From positions 452,916 through 516,915 of the forward strand of contig OZ243948.1 in the NCBI GenBank assembly GCA_965214255.1: DNA of 64,000 bases. Reading direction: 5' to 3'. Below the pieces are notes generated by a model. That model saw only the letters and a list, made by a program, of their open reading frames with translations, searched no databases and had not been told where the DNA came from. This DNA comes from Alphaproteobacteria bacterium. Lineage in GTDB: Bacteria > Pseudomonadota > Alphaproteobacteria > SMXP01. Within the stretch, counting starts at the first letter, position 1. Each line of letters opens with the position of its first letter. The translations under genes were made by a program, and so were the position numbers. Of this stretch, positions 27,714 through 39,616 are shown one piece after another.

Positions 27714-29684
27714 TCATCCCGGTAGAGCGAAGGCGATCAAATAATCGCCGACTTTTTGGGGATAGTTCCACATGTGACCGCCGGAAGCGACGACCACGAA
27801 CTGCCTGCCGTCCACTTCGTAGGTCATGGGCGTGGACATGGACGCCGTAGGCGTGGCGGCCGACCAGAGTTCTTCTCCGCTGTCGATATCGAAGGCCCGG
27901 AATTTTTCGTCCATCGTCGCCCCGATGAAAACAAGCCCGCCCGCGGTGGCGATCGGCCCTCCCGCGATGGCCGTGCCGAAGGGGAGCGACAGGGAACCCG
28001 GAACCAGTTTTTCCAACGTGCCGAGGGGAACGCGCCACTTGATCTTACCTTCGCCCATATCGACCGCGACAAGCTCGGCCCAGGGAGGGGCCACGCAGGG
28101 CGCCTGGAGAGGCGACAACAAGGGGCCGTATTGCGACGCCATGTCGGTGCCTTCGATGCGTCCCGGCGGCCCGAACGGCATGCCTGCCATGACGTGCGTC
28201 AAGTCTTGCCTATCGACCTCGGCGACGGGGAGAACGCGAATGAAGGCGGGCGCCAGGCTTACGGGCGCGATCAGCAGGTTCCGCCCCGGAACGAAGGCGC
28301 CGCCGCCCCAATTATTGACGCCGGGGGTGCGTATCGCCGTGCCTTGCCTGCTCGGCGGCGTGTAAAGAGACCCCGTTCGCAAGCCTTCGATCTTGGCCCG
28401 GCATTGCGCCCGATCGTACAGCGTGAATCCCCACGCATCGTCGGGAGAGATCGTCAGCGGCGCGAGCGGCGGCGGGGCCGTCGGAAAGGGCTGTGTCGGC
28501 GACAGGGTCTCGCCTTCGACGCCGTCGGTCGGGACAGGACGTTCTTCGACCGGAAAATACGGTTCGCCGGTTTCACGGTGGAATACGAAAGTCAGCCCTT
28601 GCTTGGTCAATTGAATGACGACGGGTGCGGCGACCCCGTCTTTCGCGATGTCGGCAAGGATCGGCGCGGCCGGCAAGTCCAAATCCCACACGTCATGATG
28701 AAGGGTTTGAAAGTGCCAGACCACTCGCCCCGTCGAACCTCGCACGGCGACCACGGAATTGGCGTAGCGGTTGTCGCCCGGACGGTCGCCGCCGTAGAAG
28801 TTCGGACCCGCGGTCGCCGTCGGCAGGAACACGAGATCGCGCTCCTGATCCACCGTCATCATGCTCCACACATTGGCGCTTCCGGTTCGGGCAAGCGCGT
28901 CGGGCGTCCACGAAGCCGCCTGCGGGTCGCCTTCGTTGCGTGGGATGGGATCGAAAGTCCAAACCCTCTCTCCCGTGCGGGCATCGAAGGCCCGGACCGC
29001 ACCGCTCGGATTGTTCGCCGATTGGAATTTGGTGTTGTCCGACGAACCGAGCACCACGACATCGCCGACGATCGCCGGCGGCGACGAAAAATGCACGTCG
29101 CCGGGCCGGAAATCGGCCATGGTTTTGCTTACCTCGGGTTCGACGTCGACTTCGCCGCCTTGCCCGAAGCCGCGGCAGCGCTCACCATCAAGGGCGTCGA
29201 CGCTGACGACTCGCAGATCTTCCGTTCCCATGAAAACGCGATGAGTACAGGGGCCGCCGCGGGGCGCCGTGAGATTGCGCCAATAGGCGACCCCTCGGCA
29301 GTTGTAGCGCGCAAACGGGCGCACCTCGACTTCGGCGTCGAACTGCCAGCGGACTTCGCCCGTCGTCGGATCGAGGGCGACGATGCGGTTGAGCGGCGTG
29401 CACAAAATAAGGCTTTGACCGGCGTCCGCGGGGACGAGAATCGGTGTCGCGTGAAACGAGCCGAACGAACGGAACGGTTTGGGCAGCTTTTCCAGGTCGC
29501 CGGTTCGATAGGACCAGGCCAATTCGAGACCGCCCACCGTCTCTCGGTCGATTTGCGTGAGCGTTGAAAATCGTTGTCCGCCGTCGTCGCCGCCGTAAGC
29601 GGGCCATGTTTGGGCATGTCCCGCCGCCGCATTGATCGTCCAGAACATGACGCCCGTGACGATACGTCTTATGACGAGGTTCAT
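27714..29684 (-). CDS. PQQ-dependent dehydrogenase (quinoprotein alcohol/glucose dehydrogenase family), periplasmic
   Basis: Signal peptide MNLVIRRIVTGVMFWTINAAAGHA; WPAYGGDDGGQRFSTLTQIDRETVGGLELAWSY N-terminal quinoprotein motif; repeated W-containing β-propeller blades; ATG at 29684 with GGAGGA RBS. Confidence 0.8.
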   Translation of the reverse strand: MNLVIRRIVTGVMFWTINAAAGHAQTWPAYGGDDGGQRFSTLTQIDRETVGGLELAWSYRTGDLEKLPKPFRSFGSFHATPILVPADAGQSLILCTPLNRIVALDPTTGEVRWQFDAEVEVRPFARYNCRGVAYWRNLTAPRGGPCTHRVFMGTEDLRVVSVDALDGERCRGFGQGGEVDVEPEVSKTMADFRPGDVHFSSPPAIVGDVVVLGSSDNTKFQSANNPSGAVRAFDARTGERVWTFDPIPRNEGDPQAASWTPDALARTGSANVWSMMTVDQERDLVFLPTATAGPNFYGGDRPGDNRYANSVVAVRGSTGRVVWHFQTLHHDVWDLDLPAAPILADIAKDGVAAPVVIQLTKQGLTFVFHRETGEPYFPVEERPVPTDGVEGETLSPTQPFPTAPPPLAPLTISPDDAWGFTLYDRAQCRAKIEGLRTGSLYTPPSRQGTAIRTPGVNNWGGGAFVPGRNLLIAPVSLAPAFIRVLPVAEVDRQDLTHVMAGMPFGPPGRIEGTDMASQYGPLLSPLQAPCVAPPWAELVAVDMGEGKIKWRVPLGTLEKLVPGSLSLPFGTAIAGGPIATAGGLVFIGATMDEKFRAFDIDSGEELWSAATPTASMSTPMTYEVDGRQFVVVASGGHMWNYPQKVGDYLIAFALPG

Positions 29685-30039
29685 GGAGTCCTCCAACAAG
29701 GCCGACAGTGGTTGGCGGCGTCGGGTTGAGAAAACTGAAGGAAAACAGTAACCAATGTATCGGTCTTCATCAATCGGCAAGGCCGCCGACGGGCGGAACG
29801 ACGCCGAGTCCGTCGATGATGGGGAAGGCCGCGGCATGCCGCTTGAGGCCGCGTGAAAAGCCGCTCCGGCCGCTTGAAACGTCGAGCGGGCGGGAATAGG
29901 TCTAAATAAACTAAGGAAAGGGCGCTTTTGCGTTGCAACCGTCAGCCGTGCGGCATAGGTTTGCGGCGGCTTTTAAACAGTGATCCGTACAGGCGGCCTG
30001 TTTCGTCCTTCGGGGCGTCGGCCGCATCGGGGCCCGGAG

Positions 30040-30426
30040 ATGAATGAATTTCTGATCGATTGGCAGCCGCAGCTCCTCGACTATCTGCCGATCGTCCTGT
30101 TCATCGCGTTGGCGGCCGTGCTGGGTCTGGGCTTTTTGCTGGCGGCCTGGCTCATTGCGCCGTCCGATCCCGACGCGGAAAAGGTGTCGGCCTACGAATG
30201 CGGCTTTAACGCTTTCGACGACGCGCGGATGAAATTCGATGTCCGGTTTTATCTGGTCGCGATCCTTTTCATCATTTTCGACCTCGAAGTCGCTTTTCTG
30301 TTTCCCATGGTGATTTCGCTCAAAACCATCGGCTGGTTCGGTTACGGCTCGATCATGGTTTTTCTGGGGGTTTTGACCGTAGGCTTTATCTATGAATGGA
30401 AGAAAGGGGCTTTGGAATGGGAGTGA
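30040..30426 (+). CDS. nuoA: NADH-quinone oxidoreductase subunit A
   Basis: [21 protein letters not shown]…YECGF…; three TM helices; first gene of the nuo operon. Confidence 0.9.
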   Translation: MNEFLIDWQPQLLDYLPIVLFIALAAVLGLGFLLAAWLIAPSDPDAEKVSAYECGFNAFDDARMKFDVRFYLVAILFIIFDLEVAFLFPMVISLKTIGWFGYGSIMVFLGVLTVGFIYEWKKGALEWE

Positions 30427-30962
30427 CCAAGCCTTCGAGTCCCGTACTACCGCCCTCGACCGTCCCTCACGATCCGTTCGTGGAAACCCTGTCCGATGAG
30501 CTGGCCGACAAGGGGTTTCTTGTCGCCAAGGCGGACGACCTGATCACCTGGGCGCGCACCGGTTCGCTGATGTGGATGACTTTCGGTCTTGCCTGCTGCG
30601 CGGTCGAAATGATGCAAGCCTCCATGCCGCGCTATGACCTCGAGCGTTTCGGATTCGCGCCGCGGGCGTCGCCGCGCCAGTCCGATGTCATGGTCGTCGC
30701 CGGCACGCTGACCAACAAGATGGCGCCGGCCTTGCGCAAGGTTTATGACCAGATGCCTGAGCCTCGTTATGTGATTTCGATGGGCTCGTGCGCAAACGGA
30801 GGGGGCTATTATCATTATTCCTATTCGGTCGTACGCGGCTGCGACCGTATCGTACCGGTGGATATTTACGTGCCGGGTTGCCCGCCGACCGCCGAAGCTC
30901 TGGTCTACGGCGTTTTGCTTCTCCAGAAGAAAATCCGTCGTGACGGCAATATTACCCGGTGA
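30417..30962 (+). CDS. nuoB: NADH-quinone oxidoreductase subunit B
   Basis: [11 protein letters not shown]…[14 protein letters not shown]…PGCPP N2-cluster cysteine motifs. Confidence 0.92.
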   Translation: MGVTKPSSPVLPPSTVPHDPFVETLSDELADKGFLVAKADDLITWARTGSLMWMTFGLACCAVEMMQASMPRYDLERFGFAPRASPRQSDVMVVAGTLTNKMAPALRKVYDQMPEPRYVISMGSCANGGGYYHYSYSVVRGCDRIVPVDIYVPGCPPTAEALVYGVLLLQKKIRRDGNITR

Positions 30963-30984
30963 ATGTATCGGTTGAGAGAAACGC

Positions 30985-31605
30985 GTGGACAAAGAAGCGC
31001 TGACAGACTTGAGCGAACACGTCGCGTCTTCACTCGATGATACGATTGTGGGCGTGGACACGGCGTTCGGTGAACTGTCGATCACGGTTCGCGCGGATCA
31101 GATCAAATCCGTGTTGGCCTTTTTACGGAACGATCCGACCTGCCGATTTCTCGTGCTCATCGACATTTGCGGCGTCGATTATCCGAGTCGCACGCCGCGC
31201 TTCGATGTGGTCTATCACCTGCTCAGCATGCATCAGAACCAACGCATCAGGGTCAAGATTTCGACGGACGAAGCGACCGCCGTGCCCAGCGTCGTCGATG
31301 TCTTCCCGGCGGCCAACTGGTTCGAGCGCGAGGCTTTCGACCTTTACGGCATTTTGTTCTCCGAACACCCCGACTTGCGCCGCCTGCTGACGGACTACGG
31401 CTTTCAGGGCCATCCCTTGAGAAAGGACTTTCCGCTGACGGGTCATCTGGAAGTCCGCTATGACGAGGAACAGAAGCGCGTCGTGTACGAACCCGTTTCG
31501 CTGACTCAGGAATTCCGGAATTTCGACTTCATGAGTCCATGGGAGGGCGCCGAATATATTCAGCCGGACGACGACAAGGCGGAGCGGGATGACGGCGACC
31601 GATAG
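30985..31605 (+). CDS. nuoC: NADH-quinone oxidoreductase subunit C
   Basis: …[38 protein letters not shown]… 30-kDa subunit signature. Confidence 0.92.
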   Translation: MDKEALTDLSEHVASSLDDTIVGVDTAFGELSITVRADQIKSVLAFLRNDPTCRFLVLIDICGVDYPSRTPRFDVVYHLLSMHQNQRIRVKISTDEATAVPSVVDVFPAANWFEREAFDLYGILFSEHPDLRRLLTDYGFQGHPLRKDFPLTGHLEVRYDEEQKRVVYEPVSLTQEFRNFDFMSPWEGAEYIQPDDDKAERDDGDR

Positions 31606-31610
31606 AGCGC

Positions 31611-32798
31611 TTGAAAGCCATGGCCGAATCCCAAACTCGTAACTTCAGTATCAATTTCGGGCCTCAGCACCCGGCCGCCCACGGCGTTTTGCGGCTTGTT
31701 CTCGAACTCGACGGTGAAGTCGTCGAGCGCGTCGAGCCGCATATAGGGCTTTTGCATCGGGGCACCGAGAAACTGATCGAACACAAGACGTATTTGCAGG
31801 CCTTGCCGTATTTCGACCGGCTCGATTACGTCGCGCCGATGAATCAAGAACATGCGTTTGCGTTGGCCGTGGAACGGCTTTTGGACCTCGAAGTCCCGCC
31901 GCGTGCGCGTTACATTCGTGTGCTGTTTTCCGAAATCGGCCGTATTCTCTCGCATCTTCTTAACGTTACCACGCAGGCCATGGACGTAGGCGCCCTGACG
32001 CCGCCTCTTTGGGGCTTCGAAGAACGCGAAAAGCTCATGATCTTTTATGAGCGTATTTCAGGGTCGCGCCTCCATGCGGCTTTTTTCCGGCCGGGGGGCG
32101 TTCATCAGGATATGCCCGCCGGTCTTGCGGAAGATATTTACGAGTTCTGTGAAACGTTTCCCGAAGTGGTCGCCGATATCGAGCAACTGGTCACCGACAA
32201 TCGCATTTTCAAGCAGCGCAACGTGGATATCGGGGTCGTCACTGCGGAAGACGCTTTTGCGTGGGGGTTTTCCGGCGTCATGGTGCGGGGGTCGGGGGTC
32301 GCCTGGGATCTGAGGCGGTCCCAACCTTACGAGTGTTACAGCGACCTCGAGTTCGACATACCGGTCGGAAAGCACGGCGATTGTTACGACCGTTATCTCG
32401 TGCGGATCGAAGAAATGCTTCAAAGCGTCGGCATCATGAAGCAATGCCTTGACAACATGCCTGACGGTCCCGTTTTGTCCGACGACGGCAAAGTGACGCC
32501 TCCCAAGCGCGCGGAAATGAAAACGTCCATGGAAGCCCTCATTCATCATTTCAAGCTGTATACGGAGGGGTACCACGTGCCCGAAGGAGAGGTTTACGCG
32601 GCCGTCGAGGCGCCAAAAGGCGAGTTCGGCGTCTATCTGGTATCGGACGGCTCGAATAAACCCTACCGGTGCAAAATCCGGGCGCCGGGCTTTTCGCATC
32701 TGCAAGCCATGGATTACATGTCGAAAGGTCACATGTTGGCCGATGTCTCTGCGATTATTGGTTCGCTGGATATCGTGTTCGGAGAGATTGACAGATGA
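31611..32798 (+). CDS. nuoD: NADH-quinone oxidoreductase subunit D
   Basis: [27 protein letters not shown] 49-kDa subunit signature. Confidence 0.93.
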   Translation: MKAMAESQTRNFSINFGPQHPAAHGVLRLVLELDGEVVERVEPHIGLLHRGTEKLIEHKTYLQALPYFDRLDYVAPMNQEHAFALAVERLLDLEVPPRARYIRVLFSEIGRILSHLLNVTTQAMDVGALTPPLWGFEEREKLMIFYERISGSRLHAAFFRPGGVHQDMPAGLAEDIYEFCETFPEVVADIEQLVTDNRIFKQRNVDIGVVTAEDAFAWGFSGVMVRGSGVAWDLRRSQPYECYSDLEFDIPVGKHGDCYDRYLVRIEEMLQSVGIMKQCLDNMPDGPVLSDDGKVTPPKRAEMKTSMEALIHHFKLYTEGYHVPEGEVYAAVEAPKGEFGVYLVSDGSNKPYRCKIRAPGFSHLQAMDYMSKGHMLADVSAIIGSLDIVFGEIDR

Positions 32799-33472
32799 GC
32801 GCGCGGCGTCTGTCTCGAAATCAGCCCGACGGGTTCGCGTTCACAGCGGAGAATTTGGAGTGGGCCGGAAAAGAGACGGCCAAATATCCGCCCGGTCAAG
32901 AGAGAAGCGCGGTCATCTCCTTGCTGTGGCGGGCGCAAAAACAAAACGGCGGATGGGTAAGCGAGCCGGCCATGCGGGCGATCGCCGACATGCTCGGGAT
33001 GGCCTACATACGCGTTTATGAAGTCGCCACATTTTACACCATGTTCAACTTGAAAGCGATCGGGCGGTTTCACGTGCAGCTTTGCGGCACCACGCCCTGC
33101 TGGCTGCGCGGCGCCGATGACCTCAAGCAGGTTTGCACGGAACTTATCGGGGTTGAAGGCGGCACGTCCGAGGACGGCATGTTCACCTGGACGGAGGTCG
33201 AGTGTCTGGGCGCCTGCGTCAACGCGCCGGTGGTCCAGATCGATGAAGATTATTACGAGGACCTGAGCGCTGACGATCTTCGCAAACTCATCGAAGACTT
33301 GCGGCGCGGGCGCGCGCCCGAAGCGGGGTCGGCCCGCGGGCGCACGTCGTCCGAGCCGGAAGGAGGGGCCGGAACCCTTACCGATCAGGACATTTACGAT
33401 CCGCAGGTCGTTGCCGCGCCCGTAGATCTTAAGACGCGCGGCGCGAAGCTCTCCGGGCAAGGGTCGTCGTAA
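32795..33472 (+). CDS. nuoE: NADH-quinone oxidoreductase subunit E (24 kDa), with a low-complexity C-terminal extension
   Basis: …[17 protein letters not shown]…[13 protein letters not shown]… thioredoxin-like 2Fe-2S motif. Confidence 0.92.
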   Translation: MSARRLSRNQPDGFAFTAENLEWAGKETAKYPPGQERSAVISLLWRAQKQNGGWVSEPAMRAIADMLGMAYIRVYEVATFYTMFNLKAIGRFHVQLCGTTPCWLRGADDLKQVCTELIGVEGGTSEDGMFTWTEVECLGACVNAPVVQIDEDYYEDLSADDLRKLIEDLRRGRAPEAGSARGRTSSEPEGGAGTLTDQDIYDPQVVAAPVDLKTRGAKLSGQGSS

Positions 33473-34773
33473 TGCTTCAAGACAAAGACCGCATCTTTAC
33501 CAACCTGTACGGCCTTCAGGACTGGCGCCTCGAAGCCGCGCGCGGCCGAGGCGCGTGGAACGGCACGAACGACATGATTGCCATGGGGCGGGACTGGATC
33601 ATCGAGCAGGTGAAAAATTCGGGGCTGCGCGGACGAGGAGGCGCCGGTTTTCCGACCGGACTCAAATGGTCCTTCATGCCGGCGAAAATCGACGGACGCC
33701 CCCACTATTTGGTGGTCAACGCGGATGAATCCGAGCCGGGCACGTGCAAGGACCGCGACATCATGCGCCACGACCCCCATTTGCTCATCGAAGGCTGTCT
33801 CGTGGCCTCTTACGCCATGCGCGCGCACGTCTGTTACATCTATATAAGAGGCGAGTACGTTCGCGAACGCGAGCGCTTGCAAACCGCCATTGACGAGGCT
33901 TATGCCGCGGGGCTCGCGGGTAAGAACGCCTGCGACAGCGGTTGGGATTTCGATATCCATGTCCATCACGGGGCCGGCGCTTACATATGCGGCGAAGAAA
34001 CGGCCCTGCTCGAAAGTCTTGAGGGTAAAAAAGGCCAGCCTCGCCTGAAGCCGCCGTTTCCCGCGAATGTCGGTCTTTACGGTGCGCCGACGACGGTCAA
34101 CAATGTCGAGAGTATCGCGGTTGTCCCGACCATCATAAGACGCGGCGCCGATTGGTTCGCGAGTTTCGGGCGGCCGAACAACACCGGCACGAAAATCTAT
34201 TGCATCTCCGGCCACGTTAACAAACCGTGCAATGTCGAAGAGGAAATGGGTATCCCGTTGCGCACGCTTATCGAACGTCATGCGGGCGGCGTGCAGGGGG
34301 GATGGGGCAATCTGAAAGCCGTCATTCCCGGAGGCTCGTCGGTGTCTCTGTTGCCGAAAGACATATGCGACACGGTGCTGATGGATTTCGATGCTCTCAA
34401 AGAGGTGCAATCGGGTCTCGGTACCGCCGCGGTCATCGTCATGGCCGAGCCTACGGACATCGTGAAAGCGATCGCGCGCATCTCTTATTTTTACAAGCAC
34501 GAATCGTGCGGCCAGTGCACGCCTTGCCGCGAGGGAACGGGCTGGATGTGGCGCGTCCTGGAGCGCATGGTGCGCGGCGAGGCCAAAACCTCCGAGATCG
34601 AGACATTGTTGACTGTAGCCAATCAGGTCGAAGGCCATACGATATGCGGCCTCGGCGATGCGGCGGCCTGGCCCGTGCAGGGGCTGATCCGGCATTTTCG
34701 AAAAGACATCGAAGACCGTATCGAAAAATATCGAAGCGACAAGCCGATATCCGTGAGTATCGCGGCGGAATAA
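33472..34773 (+). CDS. nuoF: NADH-quinone oxidoreductase subunit F
   Basis: [17 protein letters not shown]-binding motif; [12 protein letters not shown] 4Fe-4S motif. Confidence 0.95.
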   Translation: MLQDKDRIFTNLYGLQDWRLEAARGRGAWNGTNDMIAMGRDWIIEQVKNSGLRGRGGAGFPTGLKWSFMPAKIDGRPHYLVVNADESEPGTCKDRDIMRHDPHLLIEGCLVASYAMRAHVCYIYIRGEYVRERERLQTAIDEAYAAGLAGKNACDSGWDFDIHVHHGAGAYICGEETALLESLEGKKGQPRLKPPFPANVGLYGAPTTVNNVESIAVVPTIIRRGADWFASFGRPNNTGTKIYCISGHVNKPCNVEEEMGIPLRTLIERHAGGVQGGWGNLKAVIPGGSSVSLLPKDICDTVLMDFDALKEVQSGLGTAAVIVMAEPTDIVKAIARISYFYKHESCGQCTPCREGTGWMWRVLERMVRGEAKTSEIETLLTVANQVEGHTICGLGDAAAWPVQGLIRHFRKDIEDRIEKYRSDKPISVSIAAE

Positions 34774-34779
34774 ACGTCA

Positions 34780-36876
34780 ATGCCGAAATTGAAAATCGAT
34801 GGCAGGGAAGTCGAGGTCGAGCCGGGTACGACGGTTCTGCAGGCGTGCGAGGAGTCGGGCGTCGAAATTCCCAGATTCTGTTATCACGAGCGGCTTTCCA
34901 TTGCCGGCAATTGCCGCATGTGTCTGGTGGAACTTGAGAAGTCCCCTAAACCGATTGCCTCATGCGCGATGCCCGCGGCCGACGGCATGGTCGTCCATAC
35001 GACGACGCCGACGGTCAAAAAAGCGCGCGAGGGGGTTATGGAGTTTCTGCTGATCAATCATCCCTTGGACTGCCCCGTCTGCGACCAGGGCGGCGAATGC
35101 GATTTGCAGGATCAGGCCATGGCCTATGGCATGGACCGCAGCCGCTACGTCGAGAACAAACGCGCGGTCGATGAAAAAAACATGGGGCCGTTGATCAAGA
35201 CGATCATGACCCGCTGTATTCAATGCACGCGTTGCGTGCGTTTTGCCGCTGAAATAGCCGGTGTCGAAGAGCTGGGCGCCGTCGGGCGCGGCGAAGATAT
35301 GGAAATCACCACATATCTCGAACAATCGATGACGTCGGAACTGTCGGGAAACGTTATCGACATTTGCCCGGTCGGTGCGTTGACGTCGAAGCCGTATGCG
35401 TTTACGGCGCGGCCCTGGGAACTGAGAAAGATCGAGACCATAGATGTCATGGACGCGGTGGGGTCCAATATCCGCGTCGATGCCCGCGGTCGTGAAGTCA
35501 TGCGCATCCTGCCGCGCATCCATGAAGATATAAATGAAGAATGGATTTCAGACCGTACGCGGTTCGTTTGGGACGGACTGCGCAGTCAACGTCTGGACTC
35601 GCCGTATGTTCGCAAGAACGGCAGGCTTCTGACTGCGACATGGCAGGAAGCGTTCGAGGCAATCGCCGACCGCGTCATGTCGAGCGCGCCCGACCGCATG
35701 TCCGCTATTGCGGGAGATCTTGCGTGCGCGGAATCGATGTACGCGCTGAAGCATTTGATGAACAAGATCGGCAGTCCTCACACGGACTGCCGTCAGGACG
35801 GCGCGAAACTCGGAACGGGCGTGCGGGAAGGGTATCTTTTCAACACCACGATTGCCGGTATCGAAGACGCCGATGCCTTGCTTCTGATCGGCACGAATCC
35901 GAGATGGGAAGCGCCTCTCGTCAACGCGCGCATTCGAAAAAGATATCTGCGCGGCGGGTTGAAGATTGCCGGCATCGGGCCGCATCTCGATCTTTCCTAT
36001 GACGTTGACTGGATCGGAGCAGGCCCGCAGACCCTCCGGGAAATTTTAAACGGCAACCATTCGTTCGCGCGCACTTTGGCGGAGGCCGACCGTCCCATGT
36101 TGATCGTGGGTATGGGCGCGTTGTCACGGAATGACGGCGCGGCGATTCTTTCGACGGCCGCCGAAATCGCCCAAAATACCGGCATGATCGAATCGGACGG
36201 CGACACCGGCGCCTGGAACGGCTTCAATGTCTTGCATATGGCGGCCGCTCGCGTGGCCGGGCTGGACCTGGGCTTCGTTCCGTCGGACGACGGCCGCGAT
36301 GTGGAAGGCATCACGGCGGCCGCTCGATCAGGCGGCATGGATGTGGTCTATCTCCTGAGCGCCGACGAACTTGAGGCTTATGACTTCGGCGATGCTTTTG
36401 TGGTCTATCAAGGCAGTCACGGCGACAAGGGCGCGAACCGCGCCGACGTGATTTTGCCCGGCGCGGCATATACGGAAAAACAAGCCACATGGGTGAATAC
36501 CGAGGGCCGCGCCCAGCTTGGCAATCGCGCGGCTTATCCGCCGGGACAAGCGCGCGACGATTGGGCCGTCATTCGCGCCCTGTCCGGCGTCCTCGGGCAA
36601 ACGCTGCCCTATGACAACCTCGATCAGTTGCGAGCGGCGATGAGGCAACAGGTTCCCGTGCTTGGATCCATCGATTACGTTGCGGGCGCAGGGGCGGACA
36701 GCTTTGACCCCCAAAAAATCGGCGTGCCGGGCCCGCTTTCGGACGCGCCGTTCGAGCTTCCGATCAAAGACTTCTATTTCACGAATCCGATTACGCGCGC
36801 CTCCCTCATCATGGCTGATTGCAGCGGCCAATATTGGTCCCGGCAGCGCGGGGATATATCGGAAAAGGCGGGGTAA
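34780..36876 (+). CDS. nuoG: NADH-quinone oxidoreductase subunit G
   Basis: N-terminal 2Fe-2S ferredoxin fold ([15 protein letters not shown]), then 4Fe-4S motifs; 698 aa. Confidence 0.95.
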   Translation: MPKLKIDGREVEVEPGTTVLQACEESGVEIPRFCYHERLSIAGNCRMCLVELEKSPKPIASCAMPAADGMVVHTTTPTVKKAREGVMEFLLINHPLDCPVCDQGGECDLQDQAMAYGMDRSRYVENKRAVDEKNMGPLIKTIMTRCIQCTRCVRFAAEIAGVEELGAVGRGEDMEITTYLEQSMTSELSGNVIDICPVGALTSKPYAFTARPWELRKIETIDVMDAVGSNIRVDARGREVMRILPRIHEDINEEWISDRTRFVWDGLRSQRLDSPYVRKNGRLLTATWQEAFEAIADRVMSSAPDRMSAIAGDLACAESMYALKHLMNKIGSPHTDCRQDGAKLGTGVREGYLFNTTIAGIEDADALLLIGTNPRWEAPLVNARIRKRYLRGGLKIAGIGPHLDLSYDVDWIGAGPQTLREILNGNHSFARTLAEADRPMLIVGMGALSRNDGAAILSTAAEIAQNTGMIESDGDTGAWNGFNVLHMAAARVAGLDLGFVPSDDGRDVEGITAAARSGGMDVVYLLSADELEAYDFGDAFVVYQGSHGDKGANRADVILPGAAYTEKQATWVNTEGRAQLGNRAAYPPGQARDDWAVIRALSGVLGQTLPYDNLDQLRAAMRQQVPVLGSIDYVAGAGADSFDPQKIGVPGPLSDAPFELPIKDFYFTNPITRASLIMADCSGQYWSRQRGDISEKAG

Positions 36877-36887
36877 AGCCGGACGCA

Positions 36888-37952
36888 ATGGAAGACGTCT
36901 TTATAAGTTTACTGGGAGAATTCTGGGGCTATCCCGCCGCCTGGTTGGTTCAGATCCTCGTGTTGATGATCGTTCTTCTGGTGTCGCTGGCCTTCATTCT
37001 TCTTGCCGATCGAAAAATTTGGGCGGCTGTCCAACTGCGCCGCGGGCCCAATGTGGTCGGGCCGTTCGGTCTGCTTCAATCCTTTGCCGATTTTTTCAAG
37101 TTCATGTTCAAAGAAATTGTCATCCCGGCGGGCGCCAACAAGGTTGTTTTCATTATGGCGCCGCTCATCGCGTTCGTTTTGGCGATGGCCGCATGGGCCG
37201 TCGTGCCTGTTGCGGACGGGTGGGTCATCGCCGACATCAACGTGGGCATACTTTATATATTCGCGATTTCGTCGCTCGGCGTGTATGGCGTGATCATGGG
37301 CGGTTGGGCCTCCAACTCGAAATATCCGTTTTTGGGCGGCTTGAGGTCTGCGGCGCAGATGGTGTCCTATGAAGTTTCAATCGGTTTCGTCATTATCACC
37401 GTTCTCGTCCAAGTGGGCTCACTGCGCCTTTCGGAAATCGTGTTGGCTCAACAAGGTTGGCCGATCGGTTTTGCCTTGGGCTGGATGTTTCCCATGTTCG
37501 TGGTGTTTTTCATTTCGGCGCTGGCCGAAACCAACCGGCCGCCTTTTGACCTTCCCGAGGCGGAATCCGAACTCGTGGCCGGGTATCAGGTGGAATATTC
37601 ATCCACTCCGTATCTGCTGTTCATGATCGGCGAGTATCTGAACATCGTTTTGATGTGTTCGATGCTGACGATCCTGTTCTTTGGAGGTTGGCTGCCGCTT
37701 TTCGACTTTTGGCCCTTGAACGCCGTTCCGGGGGTTGTCTGGTTTGCGGTCAAGGTTTGCTTCTTCTTCTTTCTGTTCGCCATGGTCAAGGCCATGGTGC
37801 CGCGCTATCGCTACGATCAATTGATGCGGCTGGGCTGGAAAATCTTTTTGCCGTTCTCCATTTTTTGGTTAGCCTTGAGCGCGGGGCTCGTGGTCGCGTT
37901 TCCCGAAACGTTTCCGATTTGTGAGATAAGAGACTGCGTCGGCCGGAAATAA
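36888..37952 (+). CDS. nuoH: NADH-quinone oxidoreductase subunit H
   Basis: …[26 protein letters not shown]… ND1 signature; 8 TM helices; ATG at 36888. Confidence 0.93.
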   Translation: MEDVFISLLGEFWGYPAAWLVQILVLMIVLLVSLAFILLADRKIWAAVQLRRGPNVVGPFGLLQSFADFFKFMFKEIVIPAGANKVVFIMAPLIAFVLAMAAWAVVPVADGWVIADINVGILYIFAISSLGVYGVIMGGWASNSKYPFLGGLRSAAQMVSYEVSIGFVIITVLVQVGSLRLSEIVLAQQGWPIGFALGWMFPMFVVFFISALAETNRPPFDLPEAESELVAGYQVEYSSTPYLLFMIGEYLNIVLMCSMLTILFFGGWLPLFDFWPLNAVPGVVWFAVKVCFFFFLFAMVKAMVPRYRYDQLMRLGWKIFLPFSIFWLALSAGLVVAFPETFPICEIRDCVGRK

Positions 37953-37983
37953 CGATAACAGGATCAAAAAGACTCATACGCGA

Positions 37984-38472
37984 ATGTCACGATTCTTGAA
38001 TATAGCCCGCGCCTTCATGCTGATGGACTTCGTAAGCGGCTTCAAGGTCGCTATGCGCTATTTCTTCAAGCCCAAAGCGACGGTGAATTATCCGTTCGAG
38101 AAAGGCGATTTGAGCCCGCGTTTCCGGGGCGAACATGCTTTGAGGCGCTATCCCAACGGAGAGGAGCGCTGCATCGCCTGCAAGCTGTGCGAAGCCGTTT
38201 GTCCGGCCCAGGCCATTACCATCGAAGCGGAACCGCGTGACGACGGAAGCCGGCGTACAACGCGCTATGATATCGACATGGTCAAATGTATTTACTGCGG
38301 CTTCTGCGAGGAATCGTGCCCGGTAGACGCCATTGTCCAAGGTCCCAATTTTGAATTTTCAACGGAAACGCGGGAAGAACTTCTTTATGATAAAGAGAAG
38401 TTGTTGGCGAACGGCGACAGGTGGGAACGTGAGATCGCCAAGAATTTGGAACTCGATATGCCTTATCGATAG
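37984..38472 (+). CDS. nuoI: NADH-quinone oxidoreductase subunit I
   Basis: Two CxxCxxCxxxCP ferredoxin motifs ([24 protein letters not shown]). Confidence 0.95.
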   Translation: MSRFLNIARAFMLMDFVSGFKVAMRYFFKPKATVNYPFEKGDLSPRFRGEHALRRYPNGEERCIACKLCEAVCPAQAITIEAEPRDDGSRRTTRYDIDMVKCIYCGFCEESCPVDAIVQGPNFEFSTETREELLYDKEKLLANGDRWEREIAKNLELDMPYR

Positions 38473-38646
38473 GAGTCGGGTGAGAGATGCGGCCGGGCCG
38501 TAATTTGATTCAAGGCGGATTTTTTTCGATGGCCGACAACCTCTGTTTATCGCCGTGGCAAGGCGTTTGCGTGAAGAGACGGCAGGGGTTCGTGAATCCT
38601 GAATAAAGCGGTACGCTCAAATTCGGCAACCGCCCGCCCCCTGGAC

Positions 38647-39276
38647 ATGAAAGAGTCGCCCATGGTTCTGCAAGCCGTCGCCTTCTATGTTTTCGCGGCC
38701 TTTGTCGTGGCCGCGGCCTTTATGGTCATTGCGTCGCGAAATCCCGTTCATTCGGTTTTGTTTCTCATTCTGGCGTTTTTCAATTCGGCCGGTCTTTTTA
38801 TCCTGCTGGGCGCGGAATTTCTGGCCCTTGTTTTGGTGATCGTTTATGTGGGCGCCGTCGCGGTTTTGTTTCTCTTCGTCGTCATGATGCTCGACATCAA
38901 TTTTGTGGAACTGCGTCGGGGATTTCTCCAATATTTGCCCATTGGCGCATTCGTGGGCTTCATCGTGCTTCTCGAACTGCTGCTCGTCTTGAGCGTCGTC
39001 GGCGTTGCGCCGCAGGCGCCGTCTGCGGCGGCGTTTCCCATGCCCCTGTCGACCGAGCAAGCCAATACGGCCGCACTCGGCGACATCATATATACGGATT
39101 ACATATATCTCTTTCAGACTGCCGGCGTGGTTCTGCTGGTGGCGATGATCGGGGCTATCGTCTTGACGCTGCGTTCGCGTGAAGGGGTGAGGAAGCAGGT
39201 GATTGCGGACCAGGTCGGCCGTCGGCGGGAAGAGGGCGTCAGGCTCGTCCGAGTCAAACCCGGTCAAGGCATATGA
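38647..39276 (+). CDS. nuoJ: NADH-quinone oxidoreductase subunit J
   Basis: Hydrophobic 5-TM ND6-like protein, …[16 protein letters not shown]…. Confidence 0.88.
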   Translation: MKESPMVLQAVAFYVFAAFVVAAAFMVIASRNPVHSVLFLILAFFNSAGLFILLGAEFLALVLVIVYVGAVAVLFLFVVMMLDINFVELRRGFLQYLPIGAFVGFIVLLELLLVLSVVGVAPQAPSAAAFPMPLSTEQANTAALGDIIYTDYIYLFQTAGVVLLVAMIGAIVLTLRSREGVRKQVIADQVGRRREEGVRLVRVKPGQGI

Positions 39277-39292
39277 GAGAAAGCTGAAAAGA

Positions 39293-39601
39293 ATGATGAT
39301 TGGGCTTGGTCATTACCTCACCGTTGCGGCAATTCTTTTTACGATCGGTATTTTCGGAATTTTTCTCAACCGTAAGAACGTCATCATCATATTGATGTCG
39401 ATTGAACTGATGTTGCTGGCCGTCAATATCAATCTTGTCGCTTTCTCGGCGTATTTGGGCGACCTGGTCGGTCAAGTTTTCGCGCTCTTCGTGCTGACCG
39501 TCGCCGCCGCCGAGGCGGCCGTCGGTCTTGCAATTCTAGTGGTCTACTTTAGAAACCGCGGCAACATCGATGTTGAAGACGTCAACCTCATGAAGGGCTA
39601 G
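39293..39601 (+). CDS. nuoK: NADH-quinone oxidoreductase subunit K
   Basis: About 102-aa 3-TM ND4L-like protein, [24 protein letters not shown]…; start trimmed to the ATG at 39293. Confidence 0.88.
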   Translation: MMIGLGHYLTVAAILFTIGIFGIFLNRKNVIIILMSIELMLLAVNINLVAFSAYLGDLVGQVFALFVLTVAAAEAAVGLAILVVYFRNRGNIDVEDVNLMKG

Positions 39602-39616
39602 GGCCGCAGCACTCTC

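Noticed and set aside
26721-29567. Long plus-strand ORFs (334 aa and 603 aa) opposite the Rieske and PQQ genes
   Set aside because: The minus-strand products carry unmistakable Rieske (CxH…CxxH) and quinoprotein (WPAYGGD…) motifs. The plus-strand translations are Arg-rich nonsense.
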